64,000 bases of DNA from Octopus sinensis (GCF_006345805.1 NC_042997.1:212660001-212724000); one strand, 5' to 3'; counted from the stretch's first letter, positions 26,027 through 37,830 are shown. Program-made: numbers and translations. Notes: generated by a model not told the origin, from the letters alone.

Positions 26027-26440
26027 CACAGGAGTGGCTGTGTGGTAAGTTTCTTGTTTACCAACCGCATGGTTCTGGGTTCAGTCCCACTGCGTGGCAC
26101 CTTGGGCAAGTGTCTTCTACTATAGCCTCGGGCCGACCACAGCCTTGTGAGTGGATTTGGTAGACGGAAACTGAAAGAAGCCCGTCGTATATATGTATAT
26201 ATATATATATGTATATATGTGTGTGTGTTTGTGTGTCTGTGTTTGTCCCCCTAGCATTGCTTGATAACCGATGCTGGTGTGTTTATGTCCCCGTTACTTA
26301 GCGGTTCGGCAAAAGAGACTGATAGAATAAGTACTGGGCTTACAAAAGAATAAGTCCCTGGGTCGATTTGCTCGACTAAAGGCGGTGCTCCAGCATGGCC
26401 GCAGTCAAATGACTGAAACAAGTAAAAGAGTAAAAGGGAG
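26027..26440 (+). mobile_element. SINE family B (full length)
   Basis: Co-linear with the 6230 copy. Confidence 0.9.
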
Positions 26441-26699
26441 AGTAAAGAGATAAACAGAGGAGACGAAACTGTTGTAAAATTTCCCTCCAGCATTCATTGT
26501 CTGGGACAAATATTACCAATGATATACAGACATTCACAAATGTAAGAGCTTTTATGGGGATACTCGACCTGCAAGAAATAGTAGCCAAGTTTCCTTCAAA
26601 TCAGTCAATAAATTCCCATTGGAAAGATGAAAACAGAATCCTGACTGTACACTTCTTTATAATGCGTTAGGGTGATTAAGCATGTGTATATTTATAATA

Positions 26700-27025
26700 T
26701 CATCATCATCGTCATCATTTAACGTCTGCTTTCCATGCTGGCATGGGTTGGATGAATGACTGAGGTCTGGCGAACCAGATGGCTGCACCAGGCTCCAATC
26801 TGATCTGGCAGAGTTTCTACACTTGCGTCGGAAATTAATTAGCACTTCTCAAATTTCTACATTTTCTTACATTTTCTTAATTTAATTAACTTATTATCAG
26901 AAATGAACTCGTTTTTAATCAAAAATTTATTAAAACATATCCCAGCACACCACATAATTGTTATTAATCATGAGCAAATCAAGGGTGCTAATTAATTTCT
27001 GACGGTAGTGTACAGCTGGATGCCC
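26700..27025 (-). mobile_element. RTE 3' UTR fragment interrupted by a MITE
   Basis: GAGTTTCTA|CAGCTGGATGCCC is restored exactly by removing 26820-27010 plus one TA. Confidence 0.85.
26820..27010. mobile_element. Tc1/mariner-type MITE (191 bp)
   Basis: TA duplication (26818-19, 27011-12); 26-bp imperfect TIR CACTTGCGTCGGAAATTAATTAGCAC / CACTACCGTCAGAAATTAATTAGCAC. Confidence 0.9.
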
Positions 27026-27230
27026 TATTCATAATTAAATTGAATACTTTACATAAAATGTGTGTTATGTTTATAAGGTGTAGTGGATTTGAAACCGAAT
27101 TGCTAAGTAGCTGAGTAGACATCATGGCTAAGCTACAATGGCTTCACATGATCAGCTGATTAAGCAACCAATCAGAATTAAGCTATCATGTGATTCGACT
27201 TTTTAGAAGTTTCTTATTGTGCCTTATATA
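27026..27230 (-). repeat. Inverted copy of the 23751-23936 repeat
   Basis: Direct reverse-complement match. Confidence 0.85.
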
Positions 27231-27359
27231 AAGGTTGGCTTTTGGCAGAAACCCCTGAATGTTGAGACAACTACTCAATGTCTCCATTCTCATTCACCAC
27301 CAGCCAATGGCAGATAGAATATAAGATTTTTTGTTGCCATGAATATAGTACAATTATTT

Positions 27360-27607
27360 TCCAGTCGTGGCTGTTGCCAGCGCCGCCCCGACTGGCCTCG
27401 TGCCGGTGGCACGTTTAAAGCACCATCCGTTCGTGGCCATTGCCAGTGCAGCCCCGACTGGCCTCGTGCCGGTGGCACGTAAAAAGCGCCCACTACACTC
27501 ATGGAGTGGTTGGCGTTAGGAAGGGCATCTAGACCCCAGTTGAACCATCCAACCGATGCTAGCATGGAAAGCAGACGCTAAACGATGATGATGATGATGA
27601 TGATGAT
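27360..27607 (+). mobile_element. RTE 3' UTR fragment
   Basis: Two CGTGCCGGTGGCACG modules, GGAAGGGCATC block and (GAT)n tail. Confidence 0.85.
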
Positions 27608-28689
27608 GGTAGACCAGCCACAGATCATCATACCAGTTAGATTATCATAGATCCCAGCAGCATATCTCTGCTTGTCTGTAATTGTTACTGTTATTTTTCA
27701 TCCAAAGACCAACACAGAAAACACTATCCACAGTTATTAAAGCTTCTGGTAATTGTTAATTAACGTTGTTAATCGCTTCTGCACTCAGCCCAAGGAGGAC
27801 ATTTTCATTCACCAACAGCAAACTCTACTTGAAACAAAGATAATAAAACAAACCAGGCAAAGTAATTTTTGCCATTTATGATAACGAAACAATTTCTATA
27901 TCACGCATTAGTTATAAGTTAATTAAACTTAGATATTTGCATTTAATTACAGTTAATGACATTTTACAATGAGGTAATAAGAAAATAATTGCTATTCAGC
28001 TGGTGAAATATTTATAAAAAAATTTTAATTTTGTAAAATTTACTATTTTCATGAAATAAAAAGACAAGAACCATATGAAGATTACATGTGACCAAGGCAA
28101 AAGGTTTACCTCGATTTTATAATTTTTCTGTTTCTTTTTATTGTAATTGCAGTTTGTTGAGGCATATTTCATTCAGTGAATGAGCAAATTTAAACAAGTA
28201 ACAGAAAATGTTTCACAAAGAAGCTGCAAGAAGATGGAGGAGAATCAAAATACATAAATGTCCTTGATGTAATAATGATAATAATGAAATTATTGTATAC
28301 AGTGCTCAGGTGCACCACAACACTCAGGTGTACCACAAAGATTGATGTAATGTCTTATTTGCTTCAGATTGTCTCATTATCTGAAAAGAAGAAAATTGAA
28401 GACGTTGTACTTTTCTAGAGTCTCTTTGATTTAGTAAAATGAAAGGCCATCCTTTTAGGCTGCTACTCGTCACAGAAATATCCTGGCTGTTGGGGTTTGC
28501 ATCCTCAACTGCCCTTAAAACATAAACAACACAAAAAAGATTCAGTTGAGATTCTTATCAGTAGATTCTTGCTTGGTAGTTTATTTTATTGGCACGAGAC
28601 GCATGAAAGGCACAACTGATCTCAGTCTAATTTCATCTCAGAATGTAAAAAGCCAGAATTAACATCCTTTCTATGATAGGCACAATGCC

Positions 28690-28872
28690 TGAAATTTTGT
28701 GGGGAGAGGGCGAGTTAAATATATCGACACCCCTCCATCCCCTAGTATTTATTAGCTCCAAAAGAATGAAAGGTAAAGTTGACTTCAGCAGGACTTGAAC
28801 TCAGAAAGTAAAGCCAGAGAAGTACTGTTAAGCATTTCGTCTGGTGTGGTAACGATTCTGCCAGCTTACCAC
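28690..28872 (-). mobile_element. Diverged SINE family C-like copy
   Basis: GAATGAAAGGTAAAGTTGACTTCAGCAGGACTTGAACTCAGAA..TAAGCATTTCGTCTGG..GATTCTGCCAGCT. Confidence 0.65.
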
Positions 28873-28888
28873 TTTAAAATAGAATAAA

Positions 28889-29401
28889 CTAGCAATATCG
28901 CCCGGCGTTGCTTGGGTTTGTAAGGGAAATAACTATATAAGCATTTTTAGAGAGTTACTTCCCTTATAGATGCCAATTCGGGCTTTCTTAGCCATTTCTG
29001 TTTTGGTGTCTTCAAGCCATGAAGTCGTTGTTCTAAAAGAACGCTGGTCTCCTTGACAACGCTTTATGATGTTGATTTCCTTACACTCCCTTCCCCACAG
29101 CTTCACGAGGGAGGGAAGAAGGGGGAGAAGCAAACAGCTGCAGCTGTGAGCGTGGACGCCAACTCCGCCGTCATCGACACACGAAAAATTATGCATTAAA
29201 ATGGAATAAAAAATTATGTTAAATTATTTTTAAAATCGTAGACTCATCGTAGACGCGCGCTAATACTCAGACGGGCTCGATATGAATCACGACCATAAGA
29301 TACCCGAATTTGGTTAAACTGCACCGCAAAATGTGGGAGTAGTTAGGAATCTAAATCGAAGGGGACATACACTCACACAACTAGAGTTTTATATATATAG
29401 A
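28889..29401 (-). mobile_element. Non-autonomous Helitron (513 bp)
   Basis: Minus strand starts A|TCTATATATATAAAA and ends CCCAAGCAACGCCGGG-CGATATTG-CTAG|T: 5' TC, subterminal GC hairpin, CTAG end, inserted in an AT dinucleotide with no TSD. Confidence 0.85.
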
Positions 29402-29459
29402 TATCACAATAGTATTTTGTCTGATGCTCTACCGATTCTGTCAGTCCAACATCTTCTTT

Positions 29460-30200
29460 TATCTTGCTGTCTGTAAATTTGTATTCAGATTTATGGGTTC
29501 CAAATGAGAAACTTGGCATTTATGAAAACTAATAAAACAAGTTTTTTGAACAGGTTTACCATGTTCCTGCAAGTCATAAAAGATTGGCACCAGGAAGTGC
29601 ATATGGTCCTTAAATATTGCTTTGAAATATCCAGTCCAAATCATGTCAACATGGGGAAATGGAAGTAAAAATAATGGTGGTGTGTTTTAACATCCATTCT
29701 TATTGTTGAGTTTCTAACTTGTCTGAAATTGATTAGAATTTAGAGAAACTGAGAAACCCATGAATGGTTGAATGTTTTCTTTCATATGATTCCAAAAACC
29801 CAACCTACTTAACAAACCCTTATTTACATAGATTTTCATACAATTTTACAGGAATATGGTTATAGGATTCACAGTATGACTTTACTATTTAAAATGTTGG
29901 ACCAGAACAAGGTTGACATTTCTTTCTTGGATTCCATCATTGGCAAAAAAATTCGGATTTTCACATTTTAAATCTGGCATTTGTTTAGAAATAGAAGATA
30001 TTGGCCCATGTATTTGAAACCTTTCTTTTAGGGATAAATTGTTGAGGAGTTCTTGTAGCTTTCTATTAGCCAAGATTTGTCCTCATGAAGATTTGCAACC
30101 AAATTATCAATGTCGCAGCTAAAACTATGAAATCTGTTGACACAAAAGTTGTAGTCCTGATCTTTTTGACAATGTCACTTTATTATTTTAGTAAAGATTT
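29460..30200 (-). pseudogene. Very old LINE reverse-transcriptase relic
   Basis: KLQELLNNL-like segment after a decayed ..DD.. motif and a thumb-like segment further on; many stops. Confidence 0.3.
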
Positions 30201-31253
30201 ACTAAGAAAATATCATGTGATATAAAATATTTCATATTTGGAAACTTTGTTTAGCTGACAGCTGCCAGATCTATTAGTTTTCGTTCAATATTGAACATCA
30301 TCATCATTGTTTGGTGTCTGTCTTCCATGCTGGCATGGGTGGAATATTTTTCACTCATCGAAATGAAAAGAAAATGTCTTAAAACCAATAAGACACAACT
30401 ACAAGAAACAAATATGTTAAAATAGTTTAAATGATTAACTGATGTTCTCTTAACTCCCTCTTTTTGCTTCTCTCTCTCTCTCTCTCTCTCTCTCTTCCTG
30501 TCTTTGTCTATCAGTCTGCATCTCTCTCAGTCTGTCTGTCTCTTTGTCTCTCCCTTTCCTCTCCCTTTATGTCTCCATTTTCCTTTCTTGCTGATGTTTT
30601 TTTGTAGAAAATTTCGAGTGTAGCGGAATTTTATCAGTTTTTAGTTGAAGAATTGGTAGAATTAAACTTTAACTCTTCTTGCAGAATTCGGTATATTATT
30701 CAAATAGATTTTCCTTCTTGAAGTTTTCTGACGAGAAATGTCGAAATAAACATGTGAAATTAAAAATCTAATTATTTGTTCGTTAATACCTAGTTCAATC
30801 AGTTATATATCCTTCAATAATAAATCAAGTGATTCTGATAAGATTGGCAAAATAATTTGCATATTTCTGCTGTTGCTTAGCAACTGTTTTGATCTTTGTT
30901 CTGATGGTCGATGTCATGCTGTATCAGTTCAGACTTAGATTTTGTTTATTGTTGGAATAAGCTACCATGTTGTGTGCAGGAAGCATCAAATCAGGCAACT
31001 TGTGAATCATAAACAACTAAAAACAACAATAAAACTATTAAAAAAATCAATAGAATGGTTAATTTTACAAGAATGAATATCAATCCTTTAATTTATACCT
31101 TAGGTCTGCCATATAATTAGATTTATATTAGGTTTACATAAAACTGGTGAGAAATACTGACCCAAATTATCTATGGGCATATAGCGTAGTGGTTAAGATT
31201 CCTTGTTCGATTCCAGGCAAGGACCTGGATAATAATAATAATAATAATAATAA

Positions 31254-31500
31254 GGCTTACCATCCCTACAGGAAGTGCAAAAAATTGTGTTAACTGGAAC
31301 AGCTCATGTACTGGGAAGAGCATTATCGCTGTGAAAACAACATCCATTCATGAATTTATTTATTCATTAATTTTTTAAATACATATTTTACCTGTGAATT
31401 TGTGTGTGTAATCTGGGAATGCATACAATGAGCTTCTCTGCCCTAGGTGTATGGAAAACACTCGGTGAGAAACGGAAGAAAATTTGAAGAAAGAAGGTAA
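31254..31500 (+). mobile_element. 3' end of R4/Dong-like (REL-endonuclease) non-LTR element
   Basis: GLPSLQEVQKIVLTGTAHVLGRALSL* then UTR; flanked on both sides by (AAT)n. Confidence 0.65.
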
Positions 31501-31534
31501 AATAACAATAATAGTAATAATAATAATAATAATG

Positions 31535-31592
<58 letters not shown>

Positions 31593-31593
31593 C

Positions 31594-31637
<44 letters not shown>
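31500..31637. repeat. (AAT)n microsatellite
   Basis: Direct observation. Confidence 0.95.
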
Positions 31638-31686
31638 CATCGAAAAATACCTTAGGAATGAGAACCCAAGTTTGAAATTTCCCCAA

Positions 31687-31732
31687 GACACCTGAAGAAG
31701 GCTAGAGGGTATATCAGCCTAAATGTTGTGTT
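31687..31732 (+). ncRNA. Decayed minimal hammerhead ribozyme in a short element (31640-31790)
   Basis: GACAC-CTGAAGA-A-GGCT..AGCC-TAAATGTT-GTGTT: stems I and II are intact; core G12>T and C15.2>T. Confidence 0.55.
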
Positions 31733-32009
31733 AACAACAAACAAGATGAGGACAAATATCTGTCAAATGTAAATAATGTAAATAATGTAAATTCTGACCC
31801 AAATTATCTTATTTCAAAAATACATTTTTTTGCACAAAATGTTGAATGTTTCATTGGTCACCTTTGACTTTATGCAATTTGCTAGTCTTTAACCAATGTC
31901 TAAGAGCTTGTTAATCCTGTTCTTGACCATTTCCACCACATTCTATTAGTAAATGATAAATGAGAAGATGCATCGAGCCAAGTGAAACCATGGCAGATAC
32001 TGGGGTCAG

Positions 32010-32580
32010 GAAAAATGGCACCCGTGCCAGTGGCATGTTAAAAGACCCATTACACTCTCAGAGTGGTTGGTGTTAGGAAGGGCGTCCAGCTGTAGAAACC
32101 CTGCCAAATCAGAATGGAGTGTGGTGCAGCCTTCCAGCATGCCAGCCCGGGTCAAACCATCCAACATCCACCAGCATCGACAATGGACATGAAATGATGA
32201 TGGTGATAATACATACATACATACATGCATATTCAACATCAATGGAAATTGTAGCTGTGATACCAGTGCCGGTGGCACGTAAGAGAACCATCCGAACGTG
32301 GCCGTTCCAGTGCCGCCTCGACTGGCCTCTGTGCCGGTGGCACATAAAAAGCACCATCCGATCATGGCCATTTGCCAGCCTCGTCTGGCACCTGTGTTGG
32401 TGGCACGTAAAAAGCACCCACTACATTCACGGAGTGGTTGGCGTTAGGAAGGGCATCCAGCTGTAGAAACATTGCCAGATCAGACTGGGGCCTGGTGCAG
32501 CCTTCTGGCTTCCCAGACCCCAGTTGAACCATCCAACCCATGCTAGCATGGAAAGCGGACGTTAAACGATGATGATGATA
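32010..32580 (+). mobile_element. Two consecutive RTE 3' UTR fragments
   Basis: Two GGAAGGGC.TCCAGCTGTAGAAAC blocks, each ending in (GAT)n. Confidence 0.85.
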
Positions 32581-32790
32581 TAACATAAGAAGGAAAATGC
32601 ACACAATTTATTTGAATATGTTTTATAAGATAGAATATAATGACAGTCTACCAGTTTCGTGTTTTGCTCATCATGACTGGGAAATTGGTGAAAATATTGC
32701 AATTTTTGTGGTATCTTAAGGCCTTTTCGGCCATGTTGTTTGTATGAGAATTTGTTTTTATGTATGTTGGTGTGTGTGTGTGTGTGTGTG

Positions 32791-32834
<44 letters not shown>

Positions 32835-32837
<3 letters not shown>

Positions 32838-33050
32838 GTGACCTCGTCTGTATCACTAGCGATTTTTTTTTTTCCTCTGTCTTCCCTTCTCGGGATCTTT
32901 CCTTCTCCTATGTTTCCGACGAAGAGCTCTGCTCGAAACATCAAACCCTCCTTCTGCCCTTCTTTCCTGAGCGTCCAATAATACTTTATTTGTTCCACGT
33001 CCTTGCGTTGTTGTCTTTTTGTTTTCTTGTTTGGATTAACTATAGATATA
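32835..33050 (+). mobile_element. (TA)n-inserted Penelope-like short element with minimal hammerhead (32912-32946)
   Basis: GTTT-CCGACGA-A-GAGC-TCT-GCTC-GAAACATC-AAAC; homologous inverted copy at 53937-54150. Confidence 0.7.
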
Positions 33051-33055
33051 TGCAC

Positions 33056-33088
<33 letters not shown>

Positions 33089-33227
33089 TCTATTAGTCTA
33101 ACTCGTATCAGCATAGAAAGTGGACAAAAAAAATCTAAAATAATCATGAAGGCAACATAAACACAGGAATGCAATGTCAGTTGTCAGATGGTGGGTGTAC
33201 AACAGAGGATGGTGAGATGTAATAATT

Positions 33228-33723
<496 letters not shown>

Positions 33724-33865
33724 AAGGCAGTGAGTTGGCAGAATCGTTAGGATGCTGGACAAAATGCTCAATAGCATTTCATCTGTCTTTATGTTCTGAG
33801 TTCAAATTCTGCAGAGGATGGCTTTGTCTTTAATCCTTTTGGGGTCAATAAAATAAGTACTACTT
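33724..33865 (+). mobile_element. Diverged SINE family C-like copy
   Basis: AAGGCAGTGAGTTGGCAGAATCGTTAG..GTTCTGAGTTCAAATT..TTTTGGGGTCAATAAAATAAGTAC. Confidence 0.7.
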
Positions 33866-34452
33866 ATTAAGTTTCAACCCATTATTGTTATCATTGTTAA
33901 TAATAATAATAATAATAATTCAATGCAATTAATAGTGAATGGGTGTCTTTACAGATTCTTCCATGATATAATTGTTTATGTCTGAAACAAGTATAATATG
34001 AGAATTATTACTCTTTTATGCACTTACTGGTTCCTACCAGTTGGCTCTGGCCACACTGGAGCAAATGTTTTCAAATAAATAAAAGAATAATTTGCCGTTG
34101 AATATTTAACATATATCAGAAGAATCAATTCTTGTATCCATTCCGAAACGGTCAGCAAACAACTTTTGGTTCATATGAATCTCTTTCTTCAACTGGCAAC
34201 TTTCCATCTTGCTGCGATGGTCTCTCAAGGTAATAACAATTATTAATTGAAACTATAAAAGCTTCTATTTATTTCATAAACAGTTAATAGCAAGGGGTAT
34301 GGAAAGTCATTATGATTTTTTACAGGCAACTGATTATTGTTTCTGGTGGGAGAAGATAATTATTGATAAATATAATTGAATACATTTTCAATCGCATATT
34401 TAACAGCTCTGTCTATCTGTCTGCCTCTGATAGGTAGGACATTTACCAAATT

Positions 34453-34831
34453 GGAAGCACTCCGTCGGTTACGACGACGAGGGTTCCGGTTGATCCGAAT
34501 CAACGGAACAGCCTGCTCTGGAAATTAACGTGTAAGTGGCTGAGCACTCCACAGACACGTGTACCCTTAACGTAGTTCTCAGGGATATTCAGCGTGACAC
34601 AGAGAGTGACAAGGCCAGCCCTTTGAAATACAGGTACAACAGAAACAGGAAGTAAGAGTGAGAGAAAGTTGTGGTGAAAGAGTAAAGCAGGGATCACCAC
34701 CATCCCCTGCCGGAGCCTCGTGGAGCTTTAGGTGTTTTCGCTCAATAAACACTTACAACGCCCGGTCTGGGAATCGAAACCGCGATCCTACGACCGCGAG
34801 TCCGCTGCCCTAACTGGGCCATTGCACCTCC
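34453..34831 (-). mobile_element. SINE family A (full length) with 11-bp TSD
   Basis: Reverse complement of the 22186 copy; ATTTACCAAAT at 34441-34451 and 34833-34843. Confidence 0.92.
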
Positions 34832-35187
34832 TATTTACCAAATAAACTGAGTTCCAATGTTAGACATCAAATATAAGACAGAAAAAAAAAAAAAAGCAAC
34901 AACAACAGTGAGGTTCTGGTCATTCTGATCAAACATCTATTATTACCTAATAAGCAATAAATAATTAGTTTAATCTAATCATGAGGACACATGTACTAAC
35001 GATCAGATTAATCCCTGTTTTATGTTTTAAACTGTTGCTCATTATTTCAAAATTGTTTTTTACAGTGAAAATTTGTTCCTTGGAAGTTTTCTTGGAGGTT
35101 CTATAAAACCAAGCTGGTTGGCCAAATATACGTGAGGGAAGTTATTGAGAGAAGATATAATTTTGCCATTTACCTGGCAAAAATGAG

Positions 35188-35372
35188 TTGTACCTGTATT
35201 TCAAAGGGCCAGCCTTATCACACTCTCTGTCATGCTGAATCTCCCTGAGAACTGCATTAAGGGTACACATGCCTGTGGAATGCTCAGCCAGTTGCACAGT
35301 AATTTCATGAGCAAGCTGTTCCGTTGATCGTATGAGCTGCGACCCTCATCGTCGTAACCAATGGAGTGCTCC
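35188..35372 (+). mobile_element. SINE family A 3' half
   Basis: GTACCTGTATTTCAAAGGGCC ... GTCGTAACCAATGGAGTGCTCC. Confidence 0.8.
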
Positions 35373-35437
35373 AATAATTATCATTATTAATACACTAGTG
35401 CATGCTAATTTGGTTAGCAGGTATTTTATCTTGGAGT

Positions 35438-35850
35438 AAGGCAGCAAGCTGGCAGAAACGTTAGCACGCCGGGCGAAATGCTTAGCCGTATTTCGTCAGC
35501 CGCTACGTTCTGAGTTCAAATTCCGCCGAGGTTGACTTTGCTTTTCATCTTTTCGGGGTCGATAAATTAAGTACCAGTTACGCACTGGGGTCGATGTAAT
35601 CGACTTAATCCCTTTGTCCTTGTTTGTCCTCTCTGTGTTTAGCCCCTTGTGGGTAGTAAAAAATAGGTATTTTGTCTGCTGCTACGTTCTGAGTTCAAAT
35701 TCCGCCATGGTCGACTTTGCCTTTCATATCCTTTCAGGCTTGATAAATTAAGTACCAGTTACGCACTGGGGTCGATATAATCGACTTAATCCATTTGTCT
35801 GTCCTTGTTTGTCCCCTCTATGTTTAGCCCCTTGTGGGTAGTAAAGAAAT
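35438..35850 (+). mobile_element. SINE family C tandem dimer with 19-bp TSD
   Basis: Full copy plus 5'-truncated copy; AGGTATTTTATCTTGGAGT at 35419-35437 and 35851-35869. Confidence 0.9.
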
Positions 35851-35889
35851 AGGTATTTTATCTTGGAGTTTGGTGATAAGTCTCTGTAA

Positions 35890-36245
35890 ATCCCAAGACT
35901 CTTCCTTAGGATTCTTACAAAATATGGGATGGTACTTCTTTGCAAGTTGACAAAGCAAATCTCAAACCCAGTCTCTTTCGATATTTTAGGCAGCACCAAT
36001 TACCATAAGAATTTCTGTTGTCTTGGTCTTCCACAGTCTCTTCAGTTCTCTGGCAAACTTCTAATGTTTCTCAGTTTTTTCGGTTTCTATGGTATCAATT
36101 CTGCTCTCAGAGTTCTTGCACAGTTAGTTTATTTTGTCCTCTTGCTTCAACAGTCTTTACTGAGAAATCCTGCAAGATCTTGTAATTCTTATTTTCTTTC
36201 ACAGCCTCTGGTTTGTGTTCATACCAATTTTCAATTGTTTCATAG
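35890..36245 (-). mobile_element. R4/Dong-like non-LTR fragment (REL endonuclease region)
   Basis: Minus frame ENWYEHKPEAVKENKNYKILQDFSVKT; abuts (TTA)n. Confidence 0.65.
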
Positions 36246-36248
36246 TGA

Positions 36249-36249
<1 letters not shown>

Positions 36250-36282
<33 letters not shown>

Positions 36283-36537
36283 GAGTGAGAGAGCAATGCA
36301 TGCTATCAAAGTAACACTGGGATAAAATATACCCACCATGACTACCCATCTGATAAGGGTACACCAGGCATATGCATCACAACTATAAATGCATGACAAA
36401 ATGATCTCCTAGCAAAATTAACAGTGCATCAGCTTGCAGGTGGGGCCCAGTTAAAATTTTCTTCAGGTGGAGTAGCCCATCCCACTTAAAAGATCCCTGA
36501 ATAAGGGTTGTTTAAGGATGTTGAATGAAACACCTAT
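36250..36537. mobile_element. Probable SINE/LINE 3' fragment with (TAA)n tail
   Basis: GC-richer block (GAGAGAGCAATGCATGCTATCAAAGT..AGGTGGGGCCCAGTTA) next to a TTA run; single copy here, so support is weak. Confidence 0.35.
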
Positions 36538-36677
36538 GTCCCAATCGATATAAACGTATCTGTCAAGACCTACCAAAAAACTGAGCATGTATAAAGATCT
36601 TGAAATAGAAATTGGCAAAATGTGGAACCTCAACACTAAAACAATACCTGTTGTCATAGGTGCCTTAGGAATGATAC
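36538..36677 (+). mobile_element. R4/Dong-like REL endonuclease fragment
   Basis: VPIDINVSVKTYQK/LSMYKDLEIEIGKMWNLNTKTIPVVIGALGMI (one frameshift). Confidence 0.75.
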
Positions 36678-37078
36678 AAGAAGAAGAAGAAGAAGAAGAA
36701 ATGAAGGAGAAGAAGAAGAAAAAGAAGTAGAAGAAGGTGGAGGAGGAAGAGGAGGAGGAGAAGGAGGAGGAGGAGGAGGAGGAGGAAGAGGAGGGGGAGA
36801 AGGAGAAGAAGAAGTAGAAGAAGAAGAAGAAGAAGTAGAAGAAGGAGGAGGAGGAAGAGGAGGAGAAGAAGGAGGAGGAGGAGGAGGAGGAGGAGGAGAA
36901 GGATAAGAAGAAGGAGGAGGAGGAGGAGGAGGAGGAGAAGGAGAAGAAGAAGGAGGAGGAGGAGAAGAGAAGAAGAAAAGAAGAAGAAGGAGGAGGAGGA
37001 GGAGAAGAAGAAGGAGAAGAAGGAGAAGAAGAAGGAGAAGAAGAAAAAGAAGAAGAAGCAGCAGCAGCAGCAGCAGCT
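36676..37078. repeat. (GAA)/(GGA)n polypurine array
   Basis: Direct observation. Confidence 0.95.
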
Positions 37079-37721
37079 CCTGCATATACAAAGTTTAGAC
37101 AAAGCACAGCTTATACAGTGTGTCGTGGGGGGAAACCAATTGCTTCCCTGTCTGCCTTGTGTTGCCATTTCCCCGATTGTAGCAATTTACTAAAACTTTA
37201 CTCTTTGCAAAGTTAACTTCGTTTCACAACAATTCAAAACCTCAGCAGCTGACTCCATCACTGACTCACCTGTATTTTCATTGATCAGATTTTAGCAAAA
37301 CCCCCCAATGGGACACCTGCTTTATCTACCTTCAAATACTCTATCTACCATCAATGACTGTTCTGTTGGGTCTGTTTGGGGTCAACTCTCCCCTTCCAAC
37401 TTTCTGCTGCCCCCCTCTCATTCTCATTGTCTCACAACAGTCTCTTGTGGTTCCTCTTTCTTTCTGGGGTCACTGAGATCAAATGCTCCATTGTCCACCC
37501 CCACCGCCCCAACACACAATTAATCTCGACCAAACTGCTTAGCAATCTGAAACACTTTGTGCCTTTCTCCTCATGCTTCACAACATGTGAAAACCTTGCT
37601 TTCTGCCTCTCCTCTTGCTGTACACACACACACACACACATGCATACATATTCTATTTATGTATATACATACACACACACCTACCTAAATATATATAAAT
37701 ACACATACATAAATACATACA

Positions 37722-37830
<109 letters not shown>

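Noticed and set aside
23751-27212. Whole 23.7-27.2 kb region as one giant ancient palindrome centred on the foldback
   Set aside because: The interior RTE and SINE copies on the two sides are in the same, not inverted, orientation.
28110-28225. Exon candidates on either strand near 28150
   Set aside because: Good-looking acceptors, but all frames contain stops.
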